Of a DNA stretch of 50,928 nt, positions 8,800 through 18,588 are shown one piece after another. This DNA comes from Bacilli bacterium (GTDB taxonomy: Bacteria; Bacillota_I; Bacilli_A; RFN20; CAG-826). Location: positions 1 through 50,928 of the forward strand of contig JBGULD010000042.1 of assembly GCA_045114745.1 (NCBI GenBank). Direction: 5' to 3'. The notes beneath the pieces were generated by a model. That model was not told the origin of the DNA. It did not search any database and saw only the letters and a program-made list of their open reading frames with translations. The stretch's first letter is position 1; every line of letters starts with the position of its first letter. Position numbers and translations under genes: made by a program.

Positions 8800-11700
8800 T
8801 GTATTTCCTTCACTTTGTTTTTATTAATTATATTAACCAAGCATTTTAAGATGCTCTCTAAATCTTCAACCCAAACCTTCCTTTTAGTCATCAATATTCT
8901 AAATTTATTGTTTGCATAACTGACTTTGATAAAATTGAGATAAGGAATAAGGGCTTCAAATAATATATTACCAATACCTTTTATTTTTATAAAACTTTCT
9001 CCTAAAGTAATTTCTACTCTTTGGGCAACTTCATTAAGGTATTCAATACACGATTCCCTCACTAATAAATCTATACTTCTCTTAGCGAAAAGTTGTTCCA
9101 CTTCTTTAGGTAGTTCGCCATAGATGTCTCGCATCTTAATCTTCAGATTAGCTAAATCATCCAGGCCTGGTGCCATTAAGATTTCTTGATAGAGCCCAAT
9201 CTTATCACTATCATTTGCGTATTCTTTTGGAATATAAGCATCTAAAGATAATGATGGATTAGCTTCAACTTCCTCTTCTTCAATGCCGGTTATCTTTTCT
9301 TTAACTGATTCATTTAATAATTTGATGTACATATCTAAACCAATAGAATCTATAAATCCAGCTTGATCAGGTCCTAAGATATCTCCTGCACCTCTAATCA
9401 TTAAGTCACGTTGAGCAATTTTATATCCACTACCAAGTTCAGTAAAATCTTGAAGGGCTTTCAATCTCTTTCTTGCTTTATCGTTTAACGGCTTATTCCC
9501 GTTATACATTAAATAAGCATAGGCAATCTTATCACTACGACCGACACGACCTTTAATTTGATATAGTTGAGATAAACCATAATTCTCACTATCTTCCACG
9601 ATAATCATATTCGCGTTAGGAACATCTATTCCATTCTCGACGATTGATGTACAAACCAAAACTTTGATTTCCCCATTATAGAAACGTATCATTACATCTT
9701 CGATGTCATCTCTATTCATTTGACCATGCGCCACGCCAATACTAACTCCAGGAAGTAGTTTTTCTAATTTTGACGCTCTTAAATATAAAGAGGAAATATT
9801 GTTGTGTAGGAAGAATACTTGTCCATTTCTTCCAAGTTCTCTTTCAATTAATTCTTTAACTATGTCTAGATTAAATGGGGTGACATATGTCTGAATTGGC
9901 ATTCTATCTTTTGGCGCGGTATTAATAATCGACATTGATCTAACACCTAATAAAGATATTTGCAGAGTTCTTGGAATCGGTGTTGCGGATAATGTTAAAA
10001 CATCAATATTACTCTTTAGCTCTTTAATTCTTTCCTTTTGTTCGACGCCAAATCTTTGTTCTTCGTCGATGATTAGTAATCCTAAATCCTTAAAATGGAT
10101 GTCTTTGCTTAAGATTCTATGGGTACCAATGATAAGATGCGCTTCTCCAGTTTCCACTTCCTTTAGGAATTGTTGTTGTTTTTTATCGGGAATCAAACGA
10201 GAGAACGCGGCGATCTTAACATCAAACTGAGAGAATCTTTCTAATGCTAATTCATAATGTTGTCTTGCTAATAATGTGGTTGGGCATAATATAGCCACTT
10301 GTTTACCAGATAAAATAGCTTTAAACGCTACGGTAAAGGCCACTTCGGTTTTGCCAAAGCCAACATCACCACACAAAAGCCTATCCATAGGATGCGGACT
10401 TTCCATATCTCTTTTAATATCTTCTAAGGCTTTTAATTGATCATCAGTTAATTCGTATTCAAAGCTATTTTCAAATTCTCTTTGGAATTCATCATCTTCT
10501 TGGAAGGCATGGCCTTTGATATTGTTTCTTTCTAAATATAAGTTAAATAGACGATTTGCGAGGTCATTAATTCTTTCTTTGATTCTCTTCTTGGTGTTTT
10601 CCCAATCTTTGCTGTGAAGTCTCGATAAGCGAGGTTTAGCACCTTCTTTACCTAAATACTTTCTTACTAATTGGAACTGTGACAAAGGAACATAGAGAAG
10701 TTCTCCACCATGATAGGCAATTTTTAAATAATCACGATGAACACCATCAACTTCTAATGTCTGTAATTCAAGGAACTGACCAATACCTTGATATTCATGA
10801 ACAACATAATCTCCAGGAGTTAAATCTTCATAACTCTTAAGAATAGTTCCTTCTTTGAAACGAGAATCAAATCTCGCCACTCTGACTTTTTCAGAGAATA
10901 ATTCCTTACTCGTAAGGAAAACAATGTTTTGATCTGGCAAATAAAATCCAGCATTAAGATTTGTTAACGAAATACCAATCTTTGTTTTACTTGGCAATTC
11001 AAACTCTTTAGTAAATTCAAAAGGAATAACAAGTTTGTTGAGTTGTTCCTGAACAGCGTTTATGTGTTCGTGGTTAGATAAACAAATACAAACAAGCGCT
11101 TCTTGATTTAAATAATTATGAATAATATTAATCGTATCTGTGCTTTTACTAGCTTGATAAGGAATGGCCCTAACATTAAATGCTTCATCATCATTTGATT
11201 TAATTAACTCAGAAGTGGTTAAACATTGTTTAAAGTTAATTAAACGATGGATGTCTTGAAACATTTCCAAGTGTGAAATAATCTTTCCATTTTCATGAAG
11301 CTCGTTAAGATAATTGAAAGATTCGTCTTGAAGTAAAGAATTCGAATGCTCAATCGTCGGTTCATCAATTAGGACCTTGTTATAGTCCTTACAATAATCA
11401 AATATCGAGAATCGTTGATTAGATGACAAGCCATAGTATTTATAGATTCGTTCATCAAAACGACCTTCCATAATCTTTGTCATATCTTCCACTGTGGAAT
11501 CTCTTAATCTTTCAAAAGTTCCATAGTCGAGATGCTTTTGGTCATTCTCTAAAATGTCATATATTTTCTTTCCAGATTCAACAACTTCTTCTTCAGATAA
11601 AATGATGTCAGAAGCAGGTAAAATAGTCACATTTTCTATTTTTTTAATAGACATTTGCGTGGAAATTTCAAAAATTCTTATCGATTCGACTTCATCATCA

Positions 11701-12269
11701 AAGAACTCAATTCTAACCGGTTTATCATAGTTAACAGAGAAGATATCAAGTATGTCTCCACGAGAAGCGAATTGTAAAGATTGGTCAACTTTATTGACTA
11801 ACAAATACCCAGCTTGAACTAGTCTTTTCTTAAGGTCGTGAATGTCGTAATGACCACCCACTTTTAAATCAATTGTGTGATCTTTGAATGTTTCTGGATT
11901 TGGAAGGTATCTTGTCGCGGAGGCGATATTAGCAATAACAATTCTTCCACGTCCATTTAATAATTCGTTTAAAACATATAACCGGTGAGCGGTCATCTCT
12001 TTTGTTTGTGCTAAAGTTTCCGCTCGGATAAGTTCATCAGATGGGAATAGCAAAACATCTTCTTTATTAACAAAAGAAGTTATTAGGGAATAAATATTCT
12101 GAGCTTTGTATAAATTGGAAGTTATTAATAAATACTTTCCTTTATTTTCATAATAATTTAATGCGGTTAATAAGGAGATTCCAATGGAATCATCCACGAC
12201 AAAATGTCCCTTTTTGTTCAAAAGGGAGGGGGTAGATTTTAGTTTTTTCAACTTTTCAAATAGGTTCAA
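8796..12269 (-). CDS. mfd: Transcription-repair coupling factor
   Basis: RGDILDIF, GDYVVH..GIG, CGDVGFGKT, DEEQRFGV, SATPIPRT, QIKGRVGR; TTG start behind AGGAGG. Confidence 0.98.
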   Translation of the reverse strand: MNLFEKLKKLKSTPSLLNKKGHFVVDDSIGISLLTALNYYENKGKYLLITSNLYKAQNIYSLITSFVNKEDVLLFPSDELIRAETLAQTKEMTAHRLYVLNELLNGRGRIVIANIASATRYLPNPETFKDHTIDLKVGGHYDIHDLKKRLVQAGYLLVNKVDQSLQFASRGDILDIFSVNYDKPVRIEFFDDEVESIRIFEISTQMSIKKIENVTILPASDIILSEEEVVESGKKIYDILENDQKHLDYGTFERLRDSTVEDMTKIMEGRFDERIYKYYGLSSNQRFSIFDYCKDYNKVLIDEPTIEHSNSLLQDESFNYLNELHENGKIISHLEMFQDIHRLINFKQCLTTSELIKSNDDEAFNVRAIPYQASKSTDTINIIHNYLNQEALVCICLSNHEHINAVQEQLNKLVIPFEFTKEFELPSKTKIGISLTNLNAGFYLPDQNIVFLTSKELFSEKVRVARFDSRFKEGTILKSYEDLTPGDYVVHEYQGIGQFLELQTLEVDGVHRDYLKIAYHGGELLYVPLSQFQLVRKYLGKEGAKPRLSRLHSKDWENTKKRIKERINDLANRLFNLYLERNNIKGHAFQEDDEFQREFENSFEYELTDDQLKALEDIKRDMESPHPMDRLLCGDVGFGKTEVAFTVAFKAILSGKQVAILCPTTLLARQHYELALERFSQFDVKIAAFSRLIPDKKQQQFLKEVETGEAHLIIGTHRILSKDIHFKDLGLLIIDEEQRFGVEQKERIKELKSNIDVLTLSATPIPRTLQISLLGVRSMSIINTAPKDRMPIQTYVTPFNLDIVKELIERELGRNGQVFFLHNNISSLYLRASKLEKLLPGVSIGVAHGQMNRDDIEDVMIRFYNGEIKVLVCTSIVENGIDVPNANMIIVEDSENYGLSQLYQIKGRVGRSDKIAYAYLMYNGNKPLNDKARKRLKALQDFTELGSGYKIAQRDLMIRGAGDILGPDQAGFIDSIGLDMYIKLLNESVKEKITGIEEEEVEANPSLSLDAYIPKEYANDSDKIGLYQEILMAPGLDDLANLKIKMRDIYGELPKEVEQLFAKRSIDLLVRESCIEYLNEVAQRVEITLGESFIKIKGIGNILFEALIPYLNFIKVSYANNKFRILMTKRKVWVEDLESILKCLVNIINKNKVKEIQ

Positions 12270-12278
12270 GCTACCTCC

Positions 12279-12833
12279 TTAGTTGAATCTTGTCATCGCC
12301 CGGTCGAAGTTGGACTTTAATATCTCCTTTAAAGCTTGCACTGCGTCACTAATTGCTTGATCAATTAATTCTCTTTCTTCTTTGCTTGGTTTAGAAAGAA
12401 CATAATCAATATTATCATTTTCCATCGGCTCACCAATACCAATACGAATGCGTTTAATTTGGTCACTACCAAGGTTATCAATAATATTTTGCATGCCTTT
12501 ATGACCACCAGAAGAACCATCCATTCTTAGTCTAATCTTTCCAACTGGAAGTGCCATATCATCAAAGATGATAACGACATCTTCTAATGGGATTTTAAAA
12601 TAGCTAATCACTTCTCTTACTGCGGTTCCAGATAAGTTCATAAAGGTTGTTGGTTTAAATAACATGATATCTTCATCAAATAATTCACCGCGTCCCAATT
12701 CACCATGAAAGACTTCTTTATCAACATCAATTTGTGATAAATCAGCAAATAGATCTATGACATCAAAACCCATATTATGGCGGGTATGTTCATATTTCTT
12801 TCCGGGATTTCCTAAACCAACAAATAATTTCAT
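12279..12833 (-). CDS. pth: Peptidyl-tRNA hydrolase
   Basis: VGLGNPG, TRHNMGF, KPTTFMNLSG, GGHKG, RIRIGIG. Confidence 0.97.
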   Translation of the reverse strand: MKLFVGLGNPGKKYEHTRHNMGFDVIDLFADLSQIDVDKEVFHGELGRGELFDEDIMLFKPTTFMNLSGTAVREVISYFKIPLEDVVIIFDDMALPVGKIRLRMDGSSGGHKGMQNIIDNLGSDQIKRIRIGIGEPMENDNIDYVLSKPSKEERELIDQAISDAVQALKEILKSNFDRAMTRFN

Positions 12834-12889
12834 AACGCTCTTGAAGTATTATACACTTTTCTAAAATACTTTGTTATATTTATAGGCGT

Positions 12890-13864
12890 ATGAAATTCTT
12901 AAAAAGATTCTTAGCAGGTATGGGCATCGGTGTGGGGGCCGCCATACCAGGAGTATCAGGTGCTGCTATTGCAGTAATCTTTAAAGTTTATGAAGACATT
13001 ATTGCGGCAGTAAATAGTTTCCGCAAGAAATTTGGTTTTGCGATATCTGTATTAATTCCTATTTTGTTAGGAATCATGTGTGCTGTTATTCCATGCATCT
13101 ATCTTTTCTCATTAGCGTTTGAACATCTAATGTTCGTCCTTATTTGTATCTTTGCGGGGTTCTTAATTGGTTCTTTACCAAGCATTACTGACAAAGTCAA
13201 AGGTGTCAAACCAAGCAAGCTACAAATCGCTTTATTAATAACGGGATTCTTATTTGTTATAACACTAGGTGTCTTATCAGTTGTTTTTGGAGATAACTTA
13301 AACATCGGTGGTTTATTTGTTAATATCAACAAGAACTGGTGGCTCTATTTAGTTCTTATTCCGGTTGGTGTTTTAGCATCTGTCGCTTTAACAGTTCCTG
13401 GATTATCAGGATCATTGATTTTATTAGTCATCGGATTCTATCGTCCTTTAGTGGATTCAGTTAAAACTTGGGGTAGTAATTGCCTCAAAGGCGACTGGTC
13501 AATGGTCGGTCCACTATTCGGTGTTATCGGCTGCTTTGGAATTGGTTGCGTCATCGGTGTTGTCCTCGTTAGCAAGGTGATGACCTTCTTATTAGCGAAG
13601 TATCGCGATTCCACTTTCTTCACAATTATCGGTTTTATTTCTGGAAGTATTTTTGTCCTCTTCTTTAACTACGATATTTATAACTATTATTTGAACTGGT
13701 CCGGCAAGGAATTTGCTAATATTAACCCAGTTTTGCCGATATATTTAGAAATTCCAATCGGAATATTGGTCTTATTATCATGTGCTTTTGGATCTTACAT
13801 GTTAGTGAGATTAGAAAGAAAAAATAGCAAAGAAAAAGAACAAGAAAAACAGGGCGATGAGTAA
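12890..13864 (+). CDS. DUF368-family polytopic membrane protein
   Basis: Twin motifs IPGVSGAAIA and VPGLSGS with multiple TM segments. Confidence 0.85.
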   Translation: MKFLKRFLAGMGIGVGAAIPGVSGAAIAVIFKVYEDIIAAVNSFRKKFGFAISVLIPILLGIMCAVIPCIYLFSLAFEHLMFVLICIFAGFLIGSLPSITDKVKGVKPSKLQIALLITGFLFVITLGVLSVVFGDNLNIGGLFVNINKNWWLYLVLIPVGVLASVALTVPGLSGSLILLVIGFYRPLVDSVKTWGSNCLKGDWSMVGPLFGVIGCFGIGCVIGVVLVSKVMTFLLAKYRDSTFFTIIGFISGSIFVLFFNYDIYNYYLNWSGKEFANINPVLPIYLEIPIGILVLLSCAFGSYMLVRLERKNSKEKEQEKQGDE

Positions 13865-13879
13865 GCCCTGTTTTCTTTT
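13846..13879. terminator. Bidirectional terminator between convergent genes
   Basis: aaaacagggc-gatgagtaa-gccctgtttt; the left arm lies in the last codons of the DUF368 gene. Confidence 0.75.
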
Positions 13880-13890
13880 GATAATTAATC

Positions 13891-14484
13891 TTATTGTTGT
13901 TGTTCTTCTTCTGGTTTAGCTTTCTTTTCTTTTCCAATGGATAAGGAAGATAAAAGCATATTCGTATAAATGAAATAGATAACAAACGCGATAATGTTGA
14001 AGTTACCTAAGACAATTGGATTGCCCGCTAAATCGAATAATAAATTGAGCAATAATGCTAATACAAATGTCGCAGCAAATAAAATTGTGAAACGTTTGAA
14101 GACTTGAGCTTTGACAAAAGAAGCAATAATAAATGCCACAACGAGCGCTAATGAAGCAATCATACTCAATATGAGTATTACCCAGCCAGTAGGTCCAATC
14201 ACAGAAGCGCCATTAATGGCCACCACTAAGAAATAGACAAACATGAATGTGGGGAAGAAACAAATTGAGATGATATCAAAAATCTTCTTTGCGTTACCGA
14301 GTTTATCTCCTAAGACAACTCCTAAAATGCCAACAGTCAAATAATATGCCGCCATAACAATTGCGATAATACCAATCGCTAATTGAGCATCTTGGCCTGT
14401 TAACCAGTTCATATAGAAAAGTAATAACAAGGCGCCAAGAATAATTGATAAAAATGGTTTTATAAATTCGTGTAATTTTTTCAT
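13891..14484 (-). CDS. Hypothetical membrane protein (about 6 TM)
   Basis: Hydrophobic segments, charged tail, AAGGAG SD. Confidence 0.75.
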   Translation of the reverse strand: MKKLHEFIKPFLSIILGALLLLFYMNWLTGQDAQLAIGIIAIVMAAYYLTVGILGVVLGDKLGNAKKIFDIISICFFPTFMFVYFLVVAINGASVIGPTGWVILILSMIASLALVVAFIIASFVKAQVFKRFTILFAATFVLALLLNLLFDLAGNPIVLGNFNIIAFVIYFIYTNMLLSSLSIGKEKKAKPEEEQQQ

Positions 14485-14555
14485 AATATCTCCTTAACAT
14501 TAGATTATAGCAATCTTTATGAATTATTAAAGATTAAGATATTTGTTTAGCAAGC

Positions 14556-14584
14556 AAAAACACGCACCACAAGGGCACGTGTTT
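14556..14584 (-). terminator. Terminator after the subtilase gene
   Basis: Minus strand aaacacgtgcc-cttgt-ggtgcgtgttt-tt. Confidence 0.7.
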
Positions 14585-14607
14585 AAGTGTTTTGATTATT
14601 TAATCAA

Positions 14608-17600
14608 TTATTGATGTTTTTTCTTTCTTAATAAGAAGTAAACACCAGCAGCGGAAACTACTACCATCAGCGATGTAATTGAAATAAATAATACTGAATT
14701 ATTAACTATGAGTTTTTGATGATTGGAAAGAGGAATTACGGTACGATTAAGGAAGTTTTCATAACTATATTTAGCAACGATATAATCGTATTTAGCAACC
14801 GCTCTTTCAATGCTATTTCCACTTTCGCTAGAAGCTGTAGTTCTTAATGTTTGTTGATCAGCAGAACTGAGTTTTCCATATAAGGTTTTGAATGTTGACC
14901 AAGAATAACCGGTTGCATATGTTGGAGCGTTTCTACCTTGGTCATCACATAGAACATTACCTAAGAATTCTTCGCAGAATGCGGATAATGAATAACCTTT
15001 GGTGATGACTGTAGTTTCAGTTAACGCTAATTGCATTTGGCTATTGTTATAGGAAGTAGCCATGTTGCTGATAGAAATATAATCGCCAACGCTTATTGAA
15101 TTATAAGCACTATTAAGTGAACTCATATTTGATAAGTATTTGCTGCCAAATACATTGATGGTTTGCCCACCGACAGTGATGGAGAATTTGATATCAGTAG
15201 AACCAGAGACACCAGCTTGTGTTTTTGCGGAAACAACACCACTTGATAAGTTAGATAAGATTGATTGTTTAGAATTAGAAATCATGTCATAACTTGTAAC
15301 TTCTTGTGGGACGACATCAATGGAATCAGAACCCACTGTTACTGAAGTAATAGACTTGGTTTCATATAAACCATAATAGTTTTGAAGTGTTGCTACAACA
15401 GTGACAAATTTACCAACATCAGAAGAGGAAATGCGAGGATTATTTCCGCAATAGACATATAAACCATATGAACCATCTTGGACATAGAAGTTATTACTCA
15501 CCATCGCAGTAATATATCCAGTAAATGTATAAGCAGAGCTTGTATAAGAACCGGAACTTAAAGCTTCACATGCTTCATAAGCTTTTTGAAGTGATGATTT
15601 ACCTGCTTGAACAGTAACTGTACAACTAGCAGTAAATCCACCATCAGTGGTTGTGACTGTGATAATTGTGGTTCCAGCAGCAAGAGGACTCACCACACCA
15701 CTGGAGTTAACTGTGGCAACACTAGCATCGCTAGAAGTCCATGAAACTCCTTTATTTGTGGCATTTGTTGGTTGAACAGTGGCGGTTAATGAGAATGAGG
15801 AACCGACATAAGCCGTTTCGCTTGTCTTATTTAATGACACGCCTGTAACAGCAACATTATGAACGCTCACTTCACATGTCGCGGTAAATCCACCATCGGC
15901 TGTAGTAATAGTAATTGTGGCATTACCTTCTTTTAAACCAGTTACTAAACCAGCACTACTGACGGAAGCAACTGCTGATGCGGAACTGGTCCATGTCACG
16001 TTCTTATTAGTAGCGTTACTTGGAGAGATAGTCGCGGTTAATGAGGAAGAACCGCCAACATCAAGGCTTAATGAGGTTGGAGATAATGAAACTCCGGTAA
16101 CTGGATAAACTTTATCAGTAACAGTCACTGAACATGTCGCAGTCTTGCCACCTGATTTTGTCTTTACAGTAATTGTGGCATTTCCGGCACCGACAGCGGT
16201 CACTGTACCACCACTAACTGTGGCAACACTAGTATTATTAGAAGTCCATGTCACTTCTTTATTAGTCGCATTATTTGGAAGGATGGTCGCGGTTAATGTT
16301 TCGCTTTGACCAGTCTCTAATGCTAAAGCATTTTTATTTAAACTGACGGAAGCTACTGGAGTACCATCTTGACCAGCAGTAATTGTTAAACCTCTTAAAT
16401 ATGAACGTTTATTAGCTTCAAAGGAAATTGTGTCAATTGAAGCACCATCAAGTTCATATGTGTAATTGGATAATGATGTTCCGGATAAATTTTTATTTAT
16501 ACCATTGATTGATAATGAAGAAGAATCTGATCCATAACCAGAAGCATTGGCAACGATTTCGGTAATATCTAATTCCTCGACGAATGTTAAGGAACCACTA
16601 CCATTTTTGCTACCGGAAGAGAATTTAAGACCATTCTTTCCCTTAAAAACATTTGCGGCGGTAGAATTATTAACTAAGCTAGCACCAGTTTCAATTTCAC
16701 CGATAAGAGATGTTAAAGCGGTGCTTCCATCCTCAGAATATGTTTTAAATGTAATTTCATATGTTTCGGAATGAGATTCAACGATTTCAATCGCAAAGTT
16801 TTTAACGACTGGTCCTTCAGCAGTCATGGTAATTGTGGCATTACCAATATTGACGCCAGTAACAACACCAGTGTTGCTGACGATAGCGATATTCTCATCG
16901 CTTGATTCATAAACGATTGTTTTATTAGTAGCGTTTGCTGGAAGAACACTAGCACCTAATTTTAAGGATTTGCCTTGGCCTAATGTTGTTCCGCTTGTTG
17001 CGGTTGTGGTAATACCAGTAACGGCAACATATTCTTCAACTTTAACGTTGATTTCTCTATAAGCATAAGCATTATCTGTAACAGTAATTGTGGCTGTACC
17101 TGGACCAACCACGGTGATTGTCGCGGTTGCGGTGGCAACACCTGTTTGGCCAGAAACTGTTACGACACTTGTGTTGCTAGAAGTCCAGTTCTTAATCGTG
17201 GAATTTTTACTTGTCGCTGTCACAGTTTGAGGAGCGCTATGAGTATTTAAAGTAAAGTTATTCGAACTTAATTCAATCCCTTCATGTTCGATATCTAACA
17301 ATGTATAGACATCTAATCTACCGTTGCCATATTTGGCAAAGTTACCCATATCTACACAGGAATCATATAAATCTGCTTCAAATTGAGCAGGAGTTCCGGT
17401 TCTATACTTGCTCTTCCATAATGCCGCTGCACCAGCAACGATTGGAGAAGCAAATGATGTACCTTGAGTTTCACTATAACCAAACTTTGGATATTTGCTA
17501 CTGCTATTGCCAATTTCGGATTCATCTAAGCCAGGGGCCCAAACTACACCAGGAGCCATAACGTCAACATTGTGGTTTCCAAGTTGAGTATCAGAATTTT

Positions 17601-18510
17601 TATTAAAGTTAGAGAATGATGCAGCGCTTGTATTGCTATTCTTTGCTAAAGCACCAGCGCCAATAACATCATCGTTACAAGCAGGATATGATTTCGCGTT
17701 TGTCGATTCGTTTCCGGCTGCCGCCACAACGATAACACCATGATTAACTGCATAAGCAATAGAGTCAGCGTTGCCTTCAGCAACACCATCATAACTGTCT
17801 TGATAATCACCGCTAGAAATATGCGGATCATCAAGGTCATATGCACCTAATGACATGTTGATGACATCAGCACCACAATCGGCCGCGTATTCAATAGCTT
17901 TGTTAATAGATTCATCATAGAAGTCAATTTTACACGCTAAGATCTTCGCTTTTGGAGCGATACCGACTGTACCAACACCATTTAATGATGCGGCAGCACA
18001 ACCAGCGACGTTACTACCATGGGTATCCCATTCATTGTAGTAGTCATCATATTCGTGTTTCATACATTCCCAACCATCGGAAGTGGCGAGTTTCATCTTC
18101 GCGGTTTCGGTACTCATATCGACATAGAAATAGCCAGAACGATCATCAAATACACTATTACCATGTTCATCAATAAAGTCTTCATGACCATAGGTAAACC
18201 CAGAGTCGATAACTGCAATTAAAACATCTTCACCTTGGTAGTATTCCCATGTGGATTCAATATCACCGACATTACTTAAAGAATAAGTCTTTTGTTTGCT
18301 GTAATAAGTATCTGTTGGTGTGACGAATTGTTTGTACTTAATTAATTTGGATGTATCAATATTAGTTTCTAATATCAATGCACCATCTTCGTCGTAATCA
18401 CCAACACGTAACTCTCTTTTTTGTGTAATTGCGTGATTCAAAGTGGCAATCGCTAAAGCAGTACCGAACGCTAGAGTGATGCCCATAAATAATTGTTTTC
18501 TATTTTTCAT
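14608..18510 (-). CDS. Surface-anchored S8 subtilase with Big_2 Ig-like repeats, OB-fold-like region and C-terminal membrane anchor
   Basis: Signal peptide; triad VIDSG / HGSNVAG / GTSFASP; oxyanion AAAGN; repeated L.ATI.P.NATNK.V.W.SS...VATV; TM plus RKKK tail. Confidence 0.92.
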   Translation of the reverse strand: MKNRKQLFMGITLAFGTALAIATLNHAITQKRELRVGDYDEDGALILETNIDTSKLIKYKQFVTPTDTYYSKQKTYSLSNVGDIESTWEYYQGEDVLIAVIDSGFTYGHEDFIDEHGNSVFDDRSGYFYVDMSTETAKMKLATSDGWECMKHEYDDYYNEWDTHGSNVAGCAAASLNGVGTVGIAPKAKILACKIDFYDESINKAIEYAADCGADVINMSLGAYDLDDPHISSGDYQDSYDGVAEGNADSIAYAVNHGVIVVAAAGNESTNAKSYPACNDDVIGAGALAKNSNTSAASFSNFNKNSDTQLGNHNVDVMAPGVVWAPGLDESEIGNSSSKYPKFGYSETQGTSFASPIVAGAAALWKSKYRTGTPAQFEADLYDSCVDMGNFAKYGNGRLDVYTLLDIEHEGIELSSNNFTLNTHSAPQTVTATSKNSTIKNWTSSNTSVVTVSGQTGVATATATITVVGPGTATITVTDNAYAYREINVKVEEYVAVTGITTTATSGTTLGQGKSLKLGASVLPANATNKTIVYESSDENIAIVSNTGVVTGVNIGNATITMTAEGPVVKNFAIEIVESHSETYEITFKTYSEDGSTALTSLIGEIETGASLVNNSTAANVFKGKNGLKFSSGSKNGSGSLTFVEELDITEIVANASGYGSDSSSLSINGINKNLSGTSLSNYTYELDGASIDTISFEANKRSYLRGLTITAGQDGTPVASVSLNKNALALETGQSETLTATILPNNATNKEVTWTSNNTSVATVSGGTVTAVGAGNATITVKTKSGGKTATCSVTVTDKVYPVTGVSLSPTSLSLDVGGSSSLTATISPSNATNKNVTWTSSASAVASVSSAGLVTGLKEGNATITITTADGGFTATCEVSVHNVAVTGVSLNKTSETAYVGSSFSLTATVQPTNATNKGVSWTSSDASVATVNSSGVVSPLAAGTTIITVTTTDGGFTASCTVTVQAGKSSLQKAYEACEALSSGSYTSSAYTFTGYITAMVSNNFYVQDGSYGLYVYCGNNPRISSSDVGKFVTVVATLQNYYGLYETKSITSVTVGSDSIDVVPQEVTSYDMISNSKQSILSNLSSGVVSAKTQAGVSGSTDIKFSITVGGQTINVFGSKYLSNMSSLNSAYNSISVGDYISISNMATSYNNSQMQLALTETTVITKGYSLSAFCEEFLGNVLCDDQGRNAPTYATGYSWSTFKTLYGKLSSADQQTLRTTASSESGNSIERAVAKYDYIVAKYSYENFLNRTVIPLSNHQKLIVNNSVLFISITSLMVVVSAAGVYFLLRKKKHQ
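15605..16362 (-). repeat. Three tandem Big_2 coding repeats (252-255 nt period)
   Basis: gcggttaatg at 15782, 16034, 16289; gtaaatccaccatc at 15632 and 15884. Confidence 0.85.
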
Positions 18511-18588
18511 ATGATTTACCTTGCCTCCATCATATTAACATTCTTTTTATAAATAAAATAAGGACTAAAAGAAATTAGTCCTTTTATA

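Noticed and set aside
15605-16362. Direct repeats as CRISPR or mobile-element signal
   Set aside because: In-frame 84-85-codon Big_2 domain repeats; no spacers, cas, transposase or integrase genes in the window.
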